DNA of 24,000 nucleotides from an uncultured Rickettsiales bacterium (GTDB lineage Bacteria; Pseudomonadota; Alphaproteobacteria; Rickettsiales; Arcanibacteraceae): NCBI GenBank assembly GCA_964643145.1, contig CAZXPG010000012.1, positions 3,485 to 27,484 of the forward strand, read 5' to 3'. Shown piece by piece: positions 23,780 to 24,000 of this stretch (position 1 is its first letter; each line of letters starts with the position of its first letter). The notes under the pieces were generated by a model. It saw only the letters and a program-made list of their open reading frames with translations, ran no database searches and was not told where the DNA came from. The position numbers and the translations under genes were made by a program.

Positions 23780-24000
23780 TTATATTTTTCTGAATGCTAT
23801 ACCTGCCAACCATCCCGCCAGCAACGCCAGTAAAATAGCGGTGAGGCCATAAAGCACGGGATGTTCATGGGCGGCATCAGAAATAAAAGCATCCGCTCCT
23901 ACCTTCTTTACACTAATTGGGGTGGATTGCATAGCGATAAGCTGTCCATTATTAATTAAATAGATTTCAGCGGTGTAGATACCACGCGGGATATTTTCAG
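23780..24000 (-). CDS. 3' part of a gene for a conserved alphaproteobacterial membrane protein (TIGR02186 / Alph_Pro_TM-like); the 5' end lies outside the window
   Basis: My own minus-strand translation is ENIPRGIYTAEIYLINNGQLIAMQSTPISVKKVGADAFISDAAHEHPVLYGLTAILLALLAGWLAGIAFRKI*, which ends in a C-terminal TM anchor. The family assignment is from memory of that family's C-terminal pattern. Confidence 0.55.
   Translation of the reverse strand, partial: ENIPRGIYTAEIYLINNGQLIAMQSTPISVKKVGADAFISDAAHEHPVLYGLTAILLALLAGWLAGIAFRKI

Noticed and set aside
1-24000. CRISPR arrays, tRNA/rRNA genes, transposases, integrases and toxin-antitoxin pairs
   Set aside because: I saw no regularly spaced direct repeats, no cloverleaf-capable segments in the intergenic gaps, and no ORF with recombinase or toxin-like motifs on either strand.

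Overview
This window reads as an alphaproteobacterial chromosome segment that spans the replication origin. The core genes are: a BON-domain lipoprotein, phoU, gpmI, the lepB-rnc-era operon, an ABCB-type exporter, hemJ-hemH-hemE, a DnaA-box-rich AT-rich gap next to hemE (oriC), a DUF299/PDRP gene, a zauP-like gene plus zapA, a probable 6S RNA, 5-formyl-THF cyclo-ligase, mutY, tatC, a universal stress protein, and a partial alphaproteobacterial TM protein. Two AT-rich accessory islands interrupt this core. Island 1 (about 5.3-9.7 kb) carries an unusual 713-aa protein (Coq4-like domain, extracytoplasmic sensor, degenerate histidine kinase), an MFS transporter and a doubtful small Cys-rich ORF. 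Copies of a roughly 56-bp palindromic element bracket these genes. One copy is extended into a mosaic of six hairpins, and an inverted partial copy of that mosaic lies on the far side of the origin. Island 2 (about 17.0-21.4 kb) holds three tandem orphan genes for serine-rich/coiled-coil proteins; two of them share an N-terminal heptad module and a C-terminal TWQxK tail. I found no CRISPR array, tRNA/rRNA gene, transposase or integrase. All functional calls rest on motifs read by eye in the supplied translations and on synteny knowledge. No database search was possible.
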